From Macrostomum hystrix (lineage: Eukaryota > Animalia > Platyhelminthes): a DNA stretch of 64,000 nucleotides. The stretch spans positions 682,001-746,000 of the forward strand of contig CATNEN010000015.1 of assembly GCA_950097015.1 (NCBI GenBank). Direction: 5' to 3'. Made by a program: the position numbers and the translations under genes. Shown one piece after another: positions 59,801 through 64,000 of this stretch (within the stretch, counting starts at the first letter, position 1; every line of letters begins with the position of its first letter). The notes under the pieces are model-generated. The model was given only the letters and a program-made list of their open reading frames with translations. It did no database searches and was not told the DNA's origin.

Positions 59801-62800
59801 GTGAAGTGCAAGACAGCTTTGTTGCTAAGGCAACCAGGTCTGATGAATGCAGTTTTGGCCTTGGATTTTTACAATAATAATAAATAAATGCTTCTTGATT
59901 GGAGATTAGGTCCTCAAGTTTTTTAATTGGTGATCAACACGTTTCTCATCGTGCTAAAATGCGGATTTTATTGAGAGGTTAAGGCGCTTTAGCAGTAGAA
60001 ATCTGTATTTGTGTATCAAGCCAGAGTTCATGATTTTTTTCTCCAAACTGATCCCATTGCCAGCATCAACGGCCTGGCTTGGCAGCAGAAGGGCGACCGC
60101 TTGCAGTTTTCTGCTCAGGAGATATTCTGTGGCTACCACCCGGAGCTGCTGGGCGCCCATCTGCTGGCGGCGGGCAGCGGTGACTCTTCCGAGGAAGCGG
60201 TCAGCTGGCTGCCACGTCTGCTGCTGTCGCAGGCCTTCCCGGATGCCGTGCTGCGCCTGTCTTACAGCGACCTGCCAGCAGAGAGGCGGGAGTTGCTGCA
60301 GCGAGGGTACTTCAACAGCCTCTCAGACGTCTCACTGTCCCGCCACGTTGCTAAACAACTGGCCGAGGGTATCGTCAGCGGGACCATTGTGTACACCCGC
60401 ACCCGCATGGAGGACGCGGGCTGGAGACAGCAGCTCGGTGTCAAGTGCACAGTGTTGCGACTGGTTGATTTCATGGGAGAGGATGAGCTCAGGTGAGCCA
60501 GTTTTGCATCTTTGTCGTCATGAACTCTGTTAATACCTCTGGGTGCTGTTTGCAAGGAACGCTTGCCATATGTTGGAGTTGCACGAATTGTGCAATATAA
60601 AATATTCATAGTGCTCAGGCATTAAGTAGCAAAGTACAAAGTACCCGAAGACAGGAAATGGCTCGGGGCTGCTCAGTGTGGTCGGCCAGCCCGTCCTATA
60701 GCTTTGTCTTCTGTGGAAAAGAATGTGGTTCGTCTTGTCACCTGAAGGAACTTGACGAGCCGTCTGATGCATCAAAGGATGCTGTCGGGCTCGCAAACCT
60801 CATCGGTAGACTAGTTGGGCTGTAGATCTCTGTTAAAGTAAAAGCAGCGACAGGCGAAATTCTCAGCAACTTCGTTGTCAAGCTCGCCGAAGGGGCAGAG
60901 TTCACTCTTAAGATCGACCTGGAGAAAGCAGTGCCTGTCGAGGGCGCCTCGCGGTTTTGGTTCAGAGGATGTTTTTAGCCTGGTCTGTCCCAGCTGTCCC
61001 CATTGAGGGACATAGTAGAGTTAGTTCAAGGGAGCTTGATGCCCTTAAAGACTTTTGACCGACTGGTCGGGAGTTCGAATCTTCGTCTGCAGAAAGAATT
61101 GTCTTTAAGCAAGACTCTACATTCTCTAAAGCTGAGTTTACCTGGCTGTAAAATAGATATTTGCGTTAGCGGCGTGCTACCAGTCCACTTGGGCTATAGG
61201 TTGCATTCTATGTTCGCATTTCTCCTTGTTATTTGCAGTCAGTACAATAGTCCTAACAATCCTTTCGTGCTAGGCTCATACTTCTCTCTGTTATGAACTC
61301 TACGAACTTCGACGACGTTGTTTAAAATATTTCGAGATATAAAAAATGGTCATTCTCCTGTGTGCCAGTTATTTCAGTTAGTTAGCTTCGAATATCTCAA
61401 CGCCTTTCGAAACCACAACGCATACTCAACAGGGATGAAGTCACGGCGGCTCTTCGTGACAATGTCGGCGGAGTCGTGGCTCTGAGCTGTCGGCCCTCGG
61501 TTGACTCTGACACTGCTCCACAGCTGCGCTGGCTGCTGGAATCACTGATGGAGGGCGCGAAGGGCCCGTTAGTTCTGCTCTGGATCTTCCACCTTGGCGG
61601 AGGCGGAGGTGTCTCAGAAGGCCGTCAGACCTGGCAGTGGTCTCCGCTGCTCTCACGCTGGCGTCTCCTCTGCCTGGAGTCGCTCGGCGAGGCGGATTCA
61701 GACAGCGCCGCCACCCTGCGCGCTTTGGTCTGCAGCCGCTCTGTCAGCGAGGTACTGGCCGACTGTCCAGCCTTAGTTCGAAGTCGAACAGCTGATAATC
61801 TACAGGACTCGGTGATCGAGGTTCTTGAACCTGGACCGCGGCGTGAAGCCGCCTCCCGTCTGCTGCGCAACCGCCCTGAACTCATAGAAGCCCTGGTGAA
61901 AGCCGCGATCCAGCGAGCTGCGCGCCATGACGGTGACAGCATCGACGTAGAGGCGCCGGAGTTTTCGCCGGGACACTGGATGGTCTCCCTCGCCCGCGAG
62001 TCCGCGCAACTCGCCAGATTTGCCACGCTTGCCGATTTTGCCTTCACCCATCTAGCGAATCGCGTCCATGATGGCCTTCTAGACCTTCTGCGGCTGCTGC
62101 GCGATGCCCGCGCCTTCGATGTAGCTGACGTCACTCTTGACGCCCGAACCCTCGATTGCCTCGTACAAGGCCTCAGCCATCTCGTGCAAGTTCAGAGACA
62201 TCCCGTCAATCTTAGCATCGGAGCCGGCCTTCGTTTCCCGCTAAGCGGCTTTGTTTTTGCCGACCTGCAAGCAGCTGCGGCCGCTGCCGAAGAAAAATGC
62301 GCCGCTGCAGATGGCGGAGCGGACGTGGAGGAAGCTGTGGCAGAGGCGACTCTGGTCGCTCTGAAATTCTGGTTGGATGTTTTTGGTCTGAAAGACGATC
62401 AATCCGAAGCGGCTGGCCTACTTGCAGGTGATCTACTCTCTATGGCAACCGAGTCGGCCTGCGGCTACGACTTTTCGAATGAATTCAAAGGTGTTATGAT
62501 TGCTCTGCCAGCTCTTTCTGCGGTCGCTGACGTTGGACCAGTGTGGGCGCCGGTTGCTGCTGCTATCGCCCTGGCTGCGTCCCTGACAACAACACTGAAG
62601 CTCTGGTCGCTTGTTTCTGTCGCCTGTCCAAGCCTTCGATTCGCTGAGCTCACCGAATTGGAAGATAGTCCGCCTGCGCGCAGCGAGCTGACTGAGCTGC
62701 TAGTCGGTGCCCTACTGCCGAGCAAGGAGAACCTGCAGAGGTTTGGCTTGGCTGACTCTGTAGCCAAGTGGGACTGCATAGCAGCCAGAGCTCTACTCAT

Positions 62801-64000
62801 GCTGGCAGACTCGGAATGCGCTTCTGTCGTAAGGCTGTCGCATTTTACACAGTGTTGAATTATAATACAATACAATACAATAATAACTTAGGCCAGCTGT
62901 GCAGTTCCAAAAGATTCTGCAGCTGTGCCGTCCATGGACTGGGAGGCCACCACACCCAGCTATAATTTGTAATCTCATACTGGTAAACGTTTTACAGGTA
63001 GAGGGAAATGAAGCACTAAGGAATTTAGTATCAAAAGCAAATAGTTTCCTTTGAACTGGGATGCAAACTCCCGACCTATCGTGGGAATTCAAATGCTCTA
63101 ATCAATGGGCTACAATCTCCTTTGTGGCTTTGTACTCAGCATGATGCAGATTTGATTCTCCTAGTGCATCAGATTATTCTTTTCCGAAACCCACAGCCGG
63201 TCACTGAGCAGTTGAGCATGTGCCGCCTATTCACTGCGACGGTCCTGCTGCCCTTCAACCTGCCGTCGATCTGCCTGCACAAAGTGCAGAGCTTTCTCTC
63301 TGAGCACACTGGCCAGACTGACTCTCTCTTCAGTGAGTCTGGCGTCTCCAGGATAGAAAATCTGCTGTCAGAGTCTCTTCCAGAGCTACAGGGACTACCA
63401 GTGTCGGAAGAAGACTTGCAGCAGCAGCTGCAATGCCTTTGGAGCCTGTACCTGCATCAGGTTGTCCAGCGCGGAGCTCTGACCGCGGGCCTAGCCAAGG
63501 TCTTTCTTCAAAAGATAGCGGAGAACCAACTGCCGCTTGGCTGCTTTGTGCAGCTGTGGAGCGCTGTCTTTAGCAACGGGGCTGATGAAAGCGATTCAAC
63601 CCGGGCTGCCATTCTAGACTGGGTTGATGAACGATTGAAGATTTCTGCCGGCAAAGAACTGGCGCAGCTTGTGACTGCCCGCATGCCCGGCCATCTGCTG
63701 ACTTCCTGCCCGCCCATCAGCAGCCAATCGCTCCGGGGCGTCGCCTGTACAGCCAGCCCAGGTGTTCCTGAACTTCTTCAACTGCAAGCCTTCAAGGCGA
63801 CCGCTGCTCGTACATTCCATCTCAGTGAAGGTCAACTCACTCTCACTGATGATGGACGGGGTCTTGTTCAGATGATCAGAGATATCGAGCCCCTGCGACA
63901 CGGCCATCCCCTGGTGATCGCTTTCGCACAAGCTGCTCTTCCACTCGCGCCCCTGGCTGATGTCGTGGACTTGCTAGACCGTGAGCTGTCTCTCAGCGTC
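47852..64000 (+). CDS. RNF213: RNF213/mysterin-like giant AAA+ ATPase, partial (start not placed; runs off the window end), >=14 exons, >=3795 codons
   Basis: Exons 47852-48177, 48386-48815, 49661-49717, 49828-51740, 52307-53978, 54231-54782, 55025-56596, 56685-57485, 57872-58218, 58569-59127, 59311-59837, 60064-60492, 61433-62828, 63197->64000, all with phase-compatible GT..AG junctions. RNF213 motifs: PSEILFC...[31 protein letters not shown]...[102 protein letters not shown]. Confidence 0.9.
48436..48750 (+). repeat. 27-bp coding minisatellite ([10 protein letters not shown] x ~11-12) in an N-terminal exon of the RNF213-like gene
   Basis: aatccgacaggccagactgggcctcag / ...cccttaa. Lies in frame between a strong acceptor (tttaccag, 48385) and a GTTAGT donor (48816). 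Confidence 0.8.
48840..49474. mobile_element. Complete CAG...CTG MITE (635 bp, ~45-bp TIRs) in an RNF213-like intron
   Basis: cagtaggactaccaagccattttgccgcccgttttt...aaaaacgggcggcaaaatggcttggtagtcctactg. Flanks ttat / ttaa. Same family as 15312-15909. Confidence 0.88.
51885..52220 (-). mobile_element. SINE copy (family of 30889-31253) in an RNF213-like intron
   Basis: Reverse complement of the 30889-31253 body (ctagtgtca..., gcgtacggtatctgtg..., aaggtccctgagctcgattc). It explains the non-homologous N-terminus of ORF 51780-54023. Confidence 0.78.

Noticed and set aside
54890-59877. Separate AAA ORFs as a bacterial-style operon, dynein or midasin
   Set aside because: They splice into one frame and carry RNF213-specific motifs ([39 protein letters not shown]).
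60530-61300. Protein-like GC-rich stretch inside an RNF213-like intron
   Set aside because: Stops in all frames, and the flanking exons (60492 to 61433) already join in phase.

Overview
Eukaryotic (invertebrate metazoan) genomic DNA with GT-AG introns, GC-rich exons and abundant minisatellites, SINEs and DNA transposons. The style resembles a free-living flatworm such as Macrostomum, but that is inference only. Hand-spliced genes: (1) a complete 3-exon PKA type II regulatory subunit (4851-6795,+); (2) an intronless, signal-peptide-bearing EGFR-type ectodomain with no transmembrane or kinase domain (20805-22544,-); (3) two complete 2-exon secreted WSC+PAN/apple genes plus an orphan third exon (24935-30844,-); (4) a 12-exon, ~1860-aa protein with a cold-shock-like domain, ZNFX1-type SF1 helicase and NFX1 zinc fingers, ending in an H-Y-E PARP domain plus a second degenerate PARP-fold domain (34842-45042,-); (5) head-to-head with it, a giant RNF213/mysterin-like AAA+ gene of >=3795 codons running off the window (47852->64000,+). 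The main candidate novel system is the divergent ZNFX1-PARP / RNF213 pair, a putative cell-autonomous immunity locus in which ZNFX1's usual RZ-finger ubiquitin module appears replaced by ADP-ribosyltransferase domains. Mobile elements: an IS630/Tc1-like element, a mariner with one in-frame stop, TTAA-target and 8-bp-TSD MITEs, TSD-flanked tRNA-derived SINEs, and a LINE(2A-like)/Gypsy relic. All exon structures and domain calls were made by eye and need RNA-seq and HMM confirmation.
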